Source of the DNA: Planctomycetales bacterium
Lineage (GTDB): Bacteria; 4484-113
Assembly (NCBI GenBank): GCA_037445915.1
Contig: JBBIJQ010000020.1
Location: 15,779-28,934, forward strand
DNA length: 13,156 bases
Reading direction: 5' to 3'
A program made the position numbers and the translations under genes. How positions within the stretch are numbered: the stretch's first letter is position 1; every line of letters begins with the position of its first letter. Positions 1-7,828 of this stretch are shown in pieces. Under the pieces are notes generated by a model that saw only the letters and a program-made list of their open reading frames with translations, was not told the DNA's origin and searched no databases.

Positions 1-252
1 CAGAAAATGAGCTTCCATGGCTACCGTGGCAGCATCCAGGAACTTCGTCTGGTCAATTTCCGGCGTCTGCACAACATACGCGACCGCGCGGGTGAGCCGC
101 CGGCCCCGTGTTATAACCGGAAGCAGCGTTTCAAAGTTGAGTTTCTTCTTGTATATGCTCAAGGCTGAGTAAAACATATTTTGAATGTCAATAAGCACTG
201 CTACCCGCTGCTCTTCCAATGTGCCGATTTGAGAATTGCTTCTGCTTTCCAT
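1..252 (-). CDS. NYN domain protein (LabA/DUF88, PIN-like fold); 5' part only, runs off the window edge
   Basis: Not in the ORF track. Manual translation from ATG at 252 gives MESRSNSQIGTLEEQRVAVLIDIQNMFYSALSIYKKKLNFETLLPVITRGRRLTRAVAYVVQTPEIDQTKFLD..., open to position 1. RVAVLIDxQN and the later RAxAY match the LabA/DUF88 N-terminus. AGGAGG lies 4 nt upstream. Confidence 0.85.
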   Translation of the reverse strand, partial: MESRSNSQIGTLEEQRVAVLIDIQNMFYSALSIYKKKLNFETLLPVITRGRRLTRAVAYVVQTPEIDQTKFLDAATVAMEAHFL

Positions 253-256
253 AATC

Positions 257-262
257 CCTCCT
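257..262 (-). promoter_or_regulatory. Shine-Dalgarno site (AGGAGG) of the NYN gene
   Basis: Minus strand reads TAAATC-AGGAGG-GATT-ATG, between the S41 stop codon and the NYN start. Confidence 0.8.
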
Positions 263-265
263 GAT

Positions 266-1585
266 TTAGGATGCTTTCCCCGCCGCCGACTTTGGCGCAG
301 CCTCGGCCTTCTGGAAGTCGTTCGCCACCAGCTTCTGTAACATCTCGTCTGTCAGCTTCCTTAACTCCTCATGCTTCTGGTCCAGGCGCTTTTGCATCGC
401 AAACAGCGTGGGGTCGTTTTTGATGTACTTTTCAAATTCAACTGCAATGTCCGGCTCCAATCCGGTTCCGCCGAGGTCATGTTTCTTCGGCGTCAAATAC
501 CTTCCAATGGTAAGGGCAACTGCAACCTGCTTGTTGTCAAGCTCGAATATCTCCTGGACAACGCCCTTGCCGAAGGTTTTTTCCCCAACCAGCACCGCCA
601 GCCCGTACTCGCGCAGTGCGCCAGCGAGGACTTCGGATGCGCTTGCGCTGTTGCCGTTAACAAGCAGCGCGATGTCAAACTTGTACTTCAGCCTTGTCGG
701 GTCAGCTTTGTGAACTTCAGGCTTGCGACCGCGCATTTCTACTGTTACGATGTCGCCCTCTTTAATGAACATATCTGCTACGCCAACCGCGCCGTCAAGT
801 AATCCGCCGGTATTGTTGCGCAAGTCAATAATGAGGGATTTCACGCCTTGCTTCTGGAAGCGTTCCAGCACTTCCTCAACTTCTGACGGGGTAGTCTCGC
901 TGAAGAACACAAGGCGAATGTAGCCTGTGCCGTCTTCTAGCACGCGCGATTCGGTAACTGAATGCACTTCAATCGGCTGACGGACAACTGCAAACTCAAT
1001 CGGTTGGAGCAGGTTTTCCCGCATAACTTTTAGCTTGACAGTCGTCCCGATTCCGCCTTTTATCATCGTCGCGGTTTCTTCAATCACCTTGTCCTGCGTG
1101 CTGACGCCGTCAACTTCAATGATGAGGTCGTATTCCTTGATGCCGGCCTTGGCTGCCGGGCTGTCTGGGAACACTGTAACAACAACCTGGTAAGGCTCCG
1201 TCTCGTGCGGCCCGACAAGAATGCCGATGCCAGCGTAGCTTCCGTGCGTCGTCGCCTTTAGCGAGTTCCAGCTTGACATATCAAGGAAGCCTGAATACGG
1301 GTCGGAATAAGGCGGGGCGTGCAGCGAGTCAATCATTCCATTTAGCGCGCCGTAAACAAGTTCGCTGTCGTCTTTGATGGGCCTATAGTAACGCGCCTTG
1401 ACGACATTCAGCGCTTCACCGACCAGCCCCACCTTGGTATCTTTGCGCGTGCTGAAGGCGTAGCTCCATAGGCTCTCGGGCCCTTTGGCGACGCTAACCT
1501 GCCCCATCGTGTATGAAGTAAATACAACTACTACGAAAAGTAGCCCGAGCAATATCCTGAATATAGTGTTTTCACCCGTTCTCAT
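266..1585 (-). CDS. ctpA: S41 family carboxyl-terminal processing protease (CtpA/CtpB-like) with N-terminal membrane anchor and PDZ domain
   Basis: Motifs DPYS, GIGI...PDSPAAKAGI (PDZ), GYIRL, IIDLRNNTGGLL, catalytic Ser in NGNSASASE, catalytic Lys in KTFGKGVVQ, and GLEPDI. ATG 1585 (GGAG 6 nt upstream) is preferred over the track's GTG 1621; the start is uncertain. Confidence 0.93.
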   Translation of the reverse strand: MRTGENTIFRILLGLLFVVVVFTSYTMGQVSVAKGPESLWSYAFSTRKDTKVGLVGEALNVVKARYYRPIKDDSELVYGALNGMIDSLHAPPYSDPYSGFLDMSSWNSLKATTHGSYAGIGILVGPHETEPYQVVVTVFPDSPAAKAGIKEYDLIIEVDGVSTQDKVIEETATMIKGGIGTTVKLKVMRENLLQPIEFAVVRQPIEVHSVTESRVLEDGTGYIRLVFFSETTPSEVEEVLERFQKQGVKSLIIDLRNNTGGLLDGAVGVADMFIKEGDIVTVEMRGRKPEVHKADPTRLKYKFDIALLVNGNSASASEVLAGALREYGLAVLVGEKTFGKGVVQEIFELDNKQVAVALTIGRYLTPKKHDLGGTGLEPDIAVEFEKYIKNDPTLFAMQKRLDQKHEELRKLTDEMLQKLVANDFQKAEAAPKSAAGKAS

Positions 1586-1627
1586 TACTGGCTCCAAGTG
1601 TTTAAGGACCTTTTCCGACACGATGGC

Positions 1628-2773
1628 TCACATCTTGCCCAGCGGGTTCACCGGATCGCCGTTAATTCGGACTTCAAAGTGAAGGTGGTTTCCGGTGGAA
1701 TAGCCGGTGCTGCCGACATAGGCAATCGTCTGGCCGGCTTTGACGACCTGGCCCGTTGAGACGGCAAACCCGCTACAGTGGGCATATAGAGTTGCCACCC
1801 CGCCGCCGTGGTCAATCATTACCGTGTTTCCGTAGCCACCGCGCCATCCCGTGTAGATTACTTTGCCGTCGCCGCCTGCCCTAATGTTCGCTCCGTAAGG
1901 TGCGACGATGTCAACGCCTGTGTGCATTCTAATCCCGCCGAAAATGGGGTGCTTGCGCATGCCAAACCCGCTTCCAACACGGCCGGCAACAGGCTGTAAA
2001 AAGCGGCCTGTCCACTTGCCTGAGTAGCCGCCGGAGCTGCTGCGCAGGAACTGGGAGATGCGCTTGCTTTCTTCAAGTATCTCTTGGTATTGCTGCTCGG
2101 TCAGCGCCTTGTCGCGGGCTACAACGCGCAGAAGAGCAGCCTTCTCCTGGCGAACCTTTGTCACTTCCGCGCTTTGTTCCTTAAGCTTCTTGTGCGCTTC
2201 AGCAATCGCAGCTACGGACGCTTCCATTTTCCCCCGCTCAACCTCAACTTCGCCCTTCTTCTGTTGGATGCTCTGGAAAAGCTCTTGGTCCTTTTCGAAA
2301 ATGAGATTAAGGTAGAACGCGTGGTTGATGAACTCGCGAAAGTCCTTAGCGTTGAAGAGCAGGTCCAAGTAAGTCATTTCGCCTTGCATATATACAGCAG
2401 TGACGCGCTCGGCCACGATAGTCTTGCGATGGAGAAGCTCCGCCTCTAGCCTGCTAATTTCGTCCTTGATCTCCGCAAGTTGTTCCTGCATAACCCGCAA
2501 CTCATGCGTAACTTTCTGTAAGCTCTTATCAAGATGGGCCGCCCGAGTGTCAAGGTCTTCCATCTGGCTGTTGAGCGATGCTTGCTGGCTGCGTAGATTG
2601 CGAAGCTTAGACTCTATATTCTGTTTGAGGTTCTGGATGCTGCGGTAGTCTCGGGATGTATAACGGGATGCTTTTCGCGCCTGCGCCGTGAACGAAACGC
2701 TTGGGGGGACAGCCGTTAGCAGCGCGGCAATCACTGCGAGAACTACTGCGTATTTTAACGCTAGCTCTTTCAT
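1628..2773 (-). CDS. Secreted coiled-coil (PcsB/CwlO-type) M23 metallopeptidase, EnvC-like partner of FtsEX
   Basis: Signal-peptide-like N-terminus, long coiled coil with YMQG..YLDLLFNAKDFREF, and a C-terminal M23 domain with HTGVD, GYGNTVMIDH, YAH and HLHFEV. ATGA overlap with ftsX; GGAGGT upstream. Confidence 0.93.
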   Translation of the reverse strand: MKELALKYAVVLAVIAALLTAVPPSVSFTAQARKASRYTSRDYRSIQNLKQNIESKLRNLRSQQASLNSQMEDLDTRAAHLDKSLQKVTHELRVMQEQLAEIKDEISRLEAELLHRKTIVAERVTAVYMQGEMTYLDLLFNAKDFREFINHAFYLNLIFEKDQELFQSIQQKKGEVEVERGKMEASVAAIAEAHKKLKEQSAEVTKVRQEKAALLRVVARDKALTEQQYQEILEESKRISQFLRSSSGGYSGKWTGRFLQPVAGRVGSGFGMRKHPIFGGIRMHTGVDIVAPYGANIRAGGDGKVIYTGWRGGYGNTVMIDHGGGVATLYAHCSGFAVSTGQVVKAGQTIAYVGSTGYSTGNHLHFEVRINGDPVNPLGKM

Positions 2774-3702
2774 AGCCCGACCTCCAGCCGCCTCATCTCT
2801 TCAATGCGGCGGTATTCGGTGTTCAGGAAACGGTTTGCGGTAAGAAAACTGCTGAGTACGCCGATAAGGAAACCGACCGAAATCAGCCCCAGCGAAAGGA
2901 GCAAGAACATAGCAGGTACATTCACAAGCGATGGGATGAAAATCTCCAAAGCCTCAAGCGCAGTGATGATAGCCCCGCCAATTAGGTAGATGACGAGTAT
3001 CGCCACAACCGCGCCGATAATCCCGAAAAAAGCACCCTCCAAAATGAACGGCCAGCGGATGAACCAGTTGGTCGCGCCGACGAGTTGCATTATCCGTATC
3101 TCATTCCTGCGGCTGTAGACCGAGAGCCGGATAATGTTGTTGATTGAGGATATCGCCGCTGAAAGGAGAAGCAATATCGTAATCGCAAAAACCACTTGCA
3201 TCCCCATAAGCACACGCATCAGCGCCGAGACTTCCTTACGCCCGTAGCGTACCTGCCACACGCCATCTATCGCCTCTAACTGCGCAACCAACCCTTCTAT
3301 CTTGCCCATGTCGGCGGGGCGCATAATGTAAGTAGGCGGGAGCGGGTTGTACTCAAGGATGTCTGCAACTTGTAGGTGGTAGCTTTCGCCGAACTTCTTC
3401 AGCGCTTCTTCGCGGCTCACGTATTGAAGCTCCTTCACGTTAGGCAGGTTGCGCATAGCCTCGTCTATCTGCACATACCGCTCGGCCGACAAGTCGGTCT
3501 TAAGGAATGCGTAAACCTCAACCATGTTCCGTAAAGAGAACAAGAACGCGCTGACGAATACTACTAGGATAATGAAGAACCCCAGCACCATCAGCGAAAT
3601 GACAACCTGTAGCCCGTGCGTTATAGCGACGAAGGGGTTTCGCCGAAGATTCTCGGCGAACTCCTTGATGAAGAACCGCAGGCTGGAAAAGCTAGTACCC
3701 AC
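2770..3702 (-). CDS. ftsX: Cell division ABC permease-like protein FtsX
   Basis: TM1, extracytoplasmic loop (VSREEAL...NPLP), then three TM helices; signature NIIRLSVYSRRNEIRIMQLVGATNWFIRWPFILEG. GTG start with AAGGA upstream, overlapping the ftsE stop by 11 nt. Confidence 0.96.
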   Translation of the reverse strand: MGTSFSSLRFFIKEFAENLRRNPFVAITHGLQVVISLMVLGFFIILVVFVSAFLFSLRNMVEVYAFLKTDLSAERYVQIDEAMRNLPNVKELQYVSREEALKKFGESYHLQVADILEYNPLPPTYIMRPADMGKIEGLVAQLEAIDGVWQVRYGRKEVSALMRVLMGMQVVFAITILLLLSAAISSINNIIRLSVYSRRNEIRIMQLVGATNWFIRWPFILEGAFFGIIGAVVAILVIYLIGGAIITALEALEIFIPSLVNVPAMFLLLSLGLISVGFLIGVLSSFLTANRFLNTEYRRIEEMRRLEVGL

Positions 3703-4366
3703 CTTTGTCCTTGTCGGAAATCAGCCTGCCGTGCTCCACCCTCACGGTGCGGGTGCGGAACTGGTTGACGATGTTCTCGTCGTGCGTCGCCACAACCAGC
3801 GTCGTCCCGCGCGTGTTGACATGCTTTAGGATATCAATAATGCCGACGCTTGTTTCGGGATCAAGGTTGCCGGTCGGCTCATCGGCGAGGAGAATGTCAG
3901 GCTTATTCACCAGCGAGCGCGCGATGCACGCGCGCTGCTGCTCGCCGCCGGAAAGCTCTTCCGGCAGGCTCTTCATCTTACGGGAAAGCCCCACCGATTC
4001 CAGCACTTCGGGCACAAGCTGGCGGATTATTTTCAGCGGCGCTCCCCTGGCCTCCAACGCGTATGCGACATTCTCATAAACGCTCTTGCGCGGGAGCAGC
4101 AAGAAGTCCTGGAAGATAACTCCGATGCGGCGGCGCAGGAAAGGTATCTCGCGCGCGGGCATTTGGGTGACATCGCGCCTAAAAACAAACACTCGCCCGC
4201 TCTGCGGGACAATCTCGCGGTAAACGCATTTGAGCAACGAGCTTTTCCCGCCGCCTGTGCCTCCAACGAGGAACACAAATTCCTGCTTCTGGATATGCAG
4301 GTTTATCCCGCGCAGCGCGGGCGCGCTCTTGGAGTAGTTCAGCGCAACATCAACAAACTTAATCAT
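3692..4366 (-). CDS. ftsE: Cell division ATP-binding protein FtsE (224 aa)
   Basis: Walker A GGTGGGKS, IPFLRRRIGVIFQDF, LSGGEQQR, ADEPTGNLD and ATHD. The start is re-called to ATG 4366 (MIKFVDV...), which overlaps the upstream stop as ATGA. Confidence 0.96.
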   Translation of the reverse strand: MIKFVDVALNYSKSAPALRGINLHIQKQEFVFLVGGTGGGKSSLLKCVYREIVPQSGRVFVFRRDVTQMPAREIPFLRRRIGVIFQDFLLLPRKSVYENVAYALEARGAPLKIIRQLVPEVLESVGLSRKMKSLPEELSGGEQQRACIARSLVNKPDILLADEPTGNLDPETSVGIIDILKHVNTRGTTLVVATHDENIVNQFRTRTVRVEHGRLISDKDKGGY

Positions 4367-5106
4367 GCTTCGTTTCGGCCAGTCATCTTGGCCGCGATAA
4401 CCATCCAGATAAAACAGGGAATAAAGCTCAAGCGAGGCCAGCGCCTGAAATCCACCAGCGAGCGGTGTAACCACTCCAGCCCCATACGCTGCACCAGCTT
4501 GGAAGCCCTACGTCGGCTTCCCGCCCAGACATCAAAGCTCCCGCCGATCCCCATCATAAGCTTGCATGGAAGGCGATGGCGCGTACGGGTGATAAAGTAC
4601 TCCTGGCCAGGCGAGCCTGTGCCCACAAGCAATATCTCAGCGCTGCTGGCGATGATATCCTTTATGACTTCCTCCTCTTTTCCCTGGAAGTATCCATGAT
4701 GGCTGCCGGCCACCCGCAGCTTGGGGTGCTTTGCAAACAGCCAGGCCTTCGCCGCCTCAAGGACGTTTTCATGCGCCCCCAGCAGATACACACTTCGGCC
4801 AGCGCGCTCGGCCGATTTGAAAATACCCTCTGCCAACTCAATTCCAGGGAGGCGGTATAACCGCTTCCACTTCAAGAAACGCGCAGCCATAACCACGCCT
4901 GTGCCGTCCGGCACAATTAGCTCGGCTTTGCCTAGCGCATCCCAGAATGCTGGGTCGCGCCGCGCGTTGACCACCATTTCCGAGTTGAGGGTGACCACGT
5001 GGGTGGCCGCCCCCTCGGCGAGCCGATCGCCGACAGTTATCAGAAAGCGTTGTTTGCTCCCTACGAAGAGCGGGAGCCCAAATACGTCCAATTTTTCAGC
5101 CAACAT
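4363..5106 (-). CDS. WecB/TagA/CpsF family (GT26) glycosyltransferase
   Basis: Motifs VVTLNSE, PDGTGV, PGIEL, YLLGA, HHGYF, GSPGQE, GIGGSFDV and GLEWLHR. Confidence 0.93.
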   Translation of the reverse strand: MLAEKLDVFGLPLFVGSKQRFLITVGDRLAEGAATHVVTLNSEMVVNARRDPAFWDALGKAELIVPDGTGVVMAARFLKWKRLYRLPGIELAEGIFKSAERAGRSVYLLGAHENVLEAAKAWLFAKHPKLRVAGSHHGYFQGKEEEVIKDIIASSAEILLVGTGSPGQEYFITRTRHRLPCKLMMGIGGSFDVWAGSRRRASKLVQRMGLEWLHRSLVDFRRWPRLSFIPCFIWMVIAAKMTGRNEA

Positions 5107-5110
5107 AGGA

Positions 5111-5119
5111 ATCTTAGCA
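5111..5119 (-). promoter_or_regulatory. Putative extended -10 element (TGcTAAGAT)
   Basis: Minus strand reads TG-C-TAAGAT-TCCT-ATG. It keeps the TG motif and the conserved T, A and final T of TATAAT, and lies in the only sizeable intergenic gap. There is no strong -35. Confidence 0.5.
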
Positions 5120-5136
5120 CCAGGCAGCCCATATAG

Positions 5137-5167
5137 CTAACCTTTACGCTCGAGAGCGCTTAGTTAA
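5137..5167 (-). other. Imperfect stem-loop downstream of uppP
   Basis: RNA UUAACU-AA-GCGCU-CUCG-AGCGU-AAA-GGUUAG forms two paired segments that include G-U pairs. No U-tract follows. Confidence 0.4.
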
Positions 5168-5179
5168 GATGCGTTAAGA
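5163..5179. repeat. 7-bp direct repeat GTTAAGA-tgc-GTTAAGA (10-bp period)
   Basis: Read directly at 5163-5169 and 5173-5179. Confidence 0.6.
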
Positions 5180-5189
5180 GTAGGGCTGT

Positions 5190-6011
5190 TCAGATGCTGG
5201 AGAAGACAAACGAAGCGAAGGCAAGGATTATCAGATATATGCCGAACCAGGAGAGCCTGGCGCGCTCAAGAATCACGAGTAGAAAGCGGATGGCTGCTAA
5301 GCCGCTCAATAACGCTGCTACAAAACCGACCGCCATCGGGCCCCACAGGTTGGGCGGCACCGTCTCGCTTCCGGTTATCAGGGCGAATACTTCCATCCCA
5401 ACGGCAAGCAGCGTAATCGGAATGAAGAGCAGGAATGAGAACCGCGCCGCTTCTTCCCGCTTCAAGCCGACAGTAATGCCCGCAAAGATTGTTGAGCCAC
5501 TGCGGGATACTCCCGGCAGCGCGGCAACCGCCTGGACTACAGCAATGAAAACTGCAGCCAGCCAGCCGATGCTGGTGATTTCCCCTGCCCTGGCCCTTGG
5601 TCGCCGCAGCATCCAGTCTGTCGCAAATAAAAACAGCGCCGTGAGGCTGAACGTGAATGCCAGCGCGGTTAGCGCAGTTCTCCCCTGCGTCAAGCCCACG
5701 AGCGCTTCGCGAAACGGGAAAACCAGGCATCCGGTAACTACTGTTGCCAGGACTACCATGGCAAGGTATGCCCTGGGCATCCGCAAATTGGCGATGCCTT
5801 TGCCGGTCAGCAGCGCTGCAACATCGCGGCGGTAGTAGATCAGGACTGCTACTAGAGTTGCGATGTGCAACGTGATTTCGGTAGTAACGCCTGGAGGGTT
5901 GAAGCCTGCAATGCTTTGCAGCAAGACCAGATGGCCAGAAGAGCTTACTGGAAGAAACTCGGTTAAACCTTGAACGACCCCGAGCAGCAGAAAGAGCGCA
6001 TATGCGCACAC
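5190..6011 (-). CDS. uppP: Undecaprenyl-diphosphate phosphatase (BacA/UppP)
   Basis: Motifs QGLTEFLPVSSSGH, PGVSRSGSTI and AARFSFLL in a multi-pass hydrophobic protein. The GTG start overlaps the rnj stop (TAGTG). Confidence 0.96.
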   Translation of the reverse strand: MCAYALFLLLGVVQGLTEFLPVSSSGHLVLLQSIAGFNPPGVTTEITLHIATLVAVLIYYRRDVAALLTGKGIANLRMPRAYLAMVVLATVVTGCLVFPFREALVGLTQGRTALTALAFTFSLTALFLFATDWMLRRPRARAGEITSIGWLAAVFIAVVQAVAALPGVSRSGSTIFAGITVGLKREEAARFSFLLFIPITLLAVGMEVFALITGSETVPPNLWGPMAVGFVAALLSGLAAIRFLLVILERARLSWFGIYLIILAFASFVFSSI

Positions 6012-7816
6012 TAACCTTCACCGCCGGTTCGGTTAGGCTGCGCCGCAAGCTGCTCCTTGTCTAAATGCACTACAGTTCCAATGACAGTCGGGTTTAACCC
6101 GACTTTCCGGAAGATATGCCGTTGCAGCGCATTAGCGAGGTTATTGCGGAGCTGAAGCTCGTATGATCTGTCGCGCAGACGGTTGTGGAACAGCGTCTCA
6201 GTAAGCAGGCTGCGCATTTCCGCGTAGAATACCGGGTTAGTCTTCTCAGGAAGAAAGCCGCGCGTCTTTACTTCAGGGCCGTAGAGGACATTGTCGCCGG
6301 CCTCATCAAGAATCAGCGTGAATAGCACTAGACCGTCTTCGGCAAGCAGCGTGCGCTCAGTGAGGATGCGCGAGCTGACGCTGCCTACGGACAGGCCGTC
6401 AATAAGCACTTCGCCAGCCTTCACGTGCTCAGACTTGTCCCACGACTCCAAGTCCATCGCCAGCACTTCGCCTATCCCGACAGAGATAACGTTATGCGGG
6501 TCGTGCCCCCAGTCTTCCGCGAGCTTGCGGAAGAGCATCTGGTGGCGGTACTGCGAATGGACGGGGATAACGTACTTGGGCTTGACCGCTTCGTACATCT
6601 TGCGTATTTCATCGCGCGCGGCATGCCCTGAAACATGCACGCCGGCGTCAAGCCCGTAAATAACTTCCGCGCCATGGCGGAACAGCTCGTCAATGACGCT
6701 AAATATATAGGTTTCGTTGCCGGGTATCGGGCTTGCTGAAAAAATGACGAGGTCAGTCTCGCGGATTCCGACGAATCGGTGCTCGTCTCGCGAAATCTGC
6801 GAGAGCGCAGACATAGGCTCGCCCTGGCTGCCAGTCGCCAGGACGAGCAGCTTACGCGGCGGGATGCGGTCTAGGTCGTCCGGATGAACGAGGATGTTCT
6901 CCGGCACTCGCAGGTAACCAAGCTGGGTTGCCATGTCAAAGTTCTTGAGTATCGTGCGGCCGGCGAGAAACACCTTGCGCCCGAACTCCTCAGCCAAGTC
7001 AACAGCCTGTTGGAGGCGGTGAATGTTGCTGGCAAAAGTCGTGATGAAAATGCGACCGTTGTGTGTGCGGAAGTACTCCGCCAGGGCCGGGCCGACTTCA
7101 GCTTCAGAACCCGTCCATCCGGGGCGCTCAATGTTCGTCGTATCCACCATCAGGGCGAGGATTTCCCGCCCTTTGCAGGCGCGCTCAATGCCTTCCAGGT
7201 CGGTTGGAAGGTTGTCTATCGGGTTCGGGTCAAGCTTGAAATCGCCTGAATGGACGATGCTGCCGGCAGGCGTATGGATAACCAGCGCCAGCCCATCGGG
7301 GATTGAGTGCGCGACGTGAAAGGTCTCAATCTCTATGTTCTCGTCAATGTGCAGCCTTGCGCCGGCTTCAATAACTTTGAGCGGGATATCCGCTATCTGG
7401 CGGCTGATTTCCGGTCCGCGCGGCTTCGCAAGAATGTCTTGCTGCGCGTCGGTTTTCTGCGCGCCTGTTGACGGCGATTCGCGGATGAACTCGGATATCT
7501 TGGAGCGCAGTAGCCCAAGCGTCAGCGGTGTCCCGTAGATGACGGGCGGCACCATGTCTTGCAGTAAATATGCAAGCGAGCCGATATGGTCTTCATGCCC
7601 GTGGGTGAGGATGACCGCTTTAAGCTTGCGGCGGTTGCGAAGCAAGTATGTGAAGTCAGGGATGACGAGGTCCACACCAAGCATATGCGCGTCGGGGAAG
7701 CTCAATCCGCAGTCAATGAGAACTGCCGAGTCGCCATATTCAATGACGTTGCAGTTCTTGCCGATTTCCCCGATCCCTCCGAGGCTGACCAACCGAACTC
7801 TTTTGGTTTTACTCAT
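6011..7816 (-). CDS. rnj: Ribonuclease J (metallo-beta-lactamase/beta-CASP)
   Basis: Motifs LGGIGEIGKN, IDCG, THGHEDHIG, HSIPD, HSGDFK, FASNIHR, TGSQGEP, PIPGNE, HVSGHA and PVH, plus the C-terminal domain (ERTLLAEDG...RGF). Confidence 0.97.
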   Translation of the reverse strand: MSKTKRVRLVSLGGIGEIGKNCNVIEYGDSAVLIDCGLSFPDAHMLGVDLVIPDFTYLLRNRRKLKAVILTHGHEDHIGSLAYLLQDMVPPVIYGTPLTLGLLRSKISEFIRESPSTGAQKTDAQQDILAKPRGPEISRQIADIPLKVIEAGARLHIDENIEIETFHVAHSIPDGLALVIHTPAGSIVHSGDFKLDPNPIDNLPTDLEGIERACKGREILALMVDTTNIERPGWTGSEAEVGPALAEYFRTHNGRIFITTFASNIHRLQQAVDLAEEFGRKVFLAGRTILKNFDMATQLGYLRVPENILVHPDDLDRIPPRKLLVLATGSQGEPMSALSQISRDEHRFVGIRETDLVIFSASPIPGNETYIFSVIDELFRHGAEVIYGLDAGVHVSGHAARDEIRKMYEAVKPKYVIPVHSQYRHQMLFRKLAEDWGHDPHNVISVGIGEVLAMDLESWDKSEHVKAGEVLIDGLSVGSVSSRILTERTLLAEDGLVLFTLILDEAGDNVLYGPEVKTRGFLPEKTNPVFYAEMRSLLTETLFHNRLRDRSYELQLRNNLANALQRHIFRKVGLNPTVIGTVVHLDKEQLAAQPNRTGGEG

Positions 7817-7828
7817 TAGTGGAAAACG

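Noticed and set aside
4367..4474. 36-aa N-terminal extension of FtsE in the ORF track
   Set aside because: It lies inside the glycosyltransferase gene. The family-typical start MIKF at 4366 forms an ATGA overlap with that gene's stop.
5266..6048. 260-aa same-strand alternative-frame ORF overlapping uppP, plus a 213-aa antisense ORF (5194-5835)
   Set aside because: Arg/Ser/Ala-rich with no recognisable motifs; an expected shadow of a GC-rich membrane-protein gene whose true frame has clear UppP motifs.
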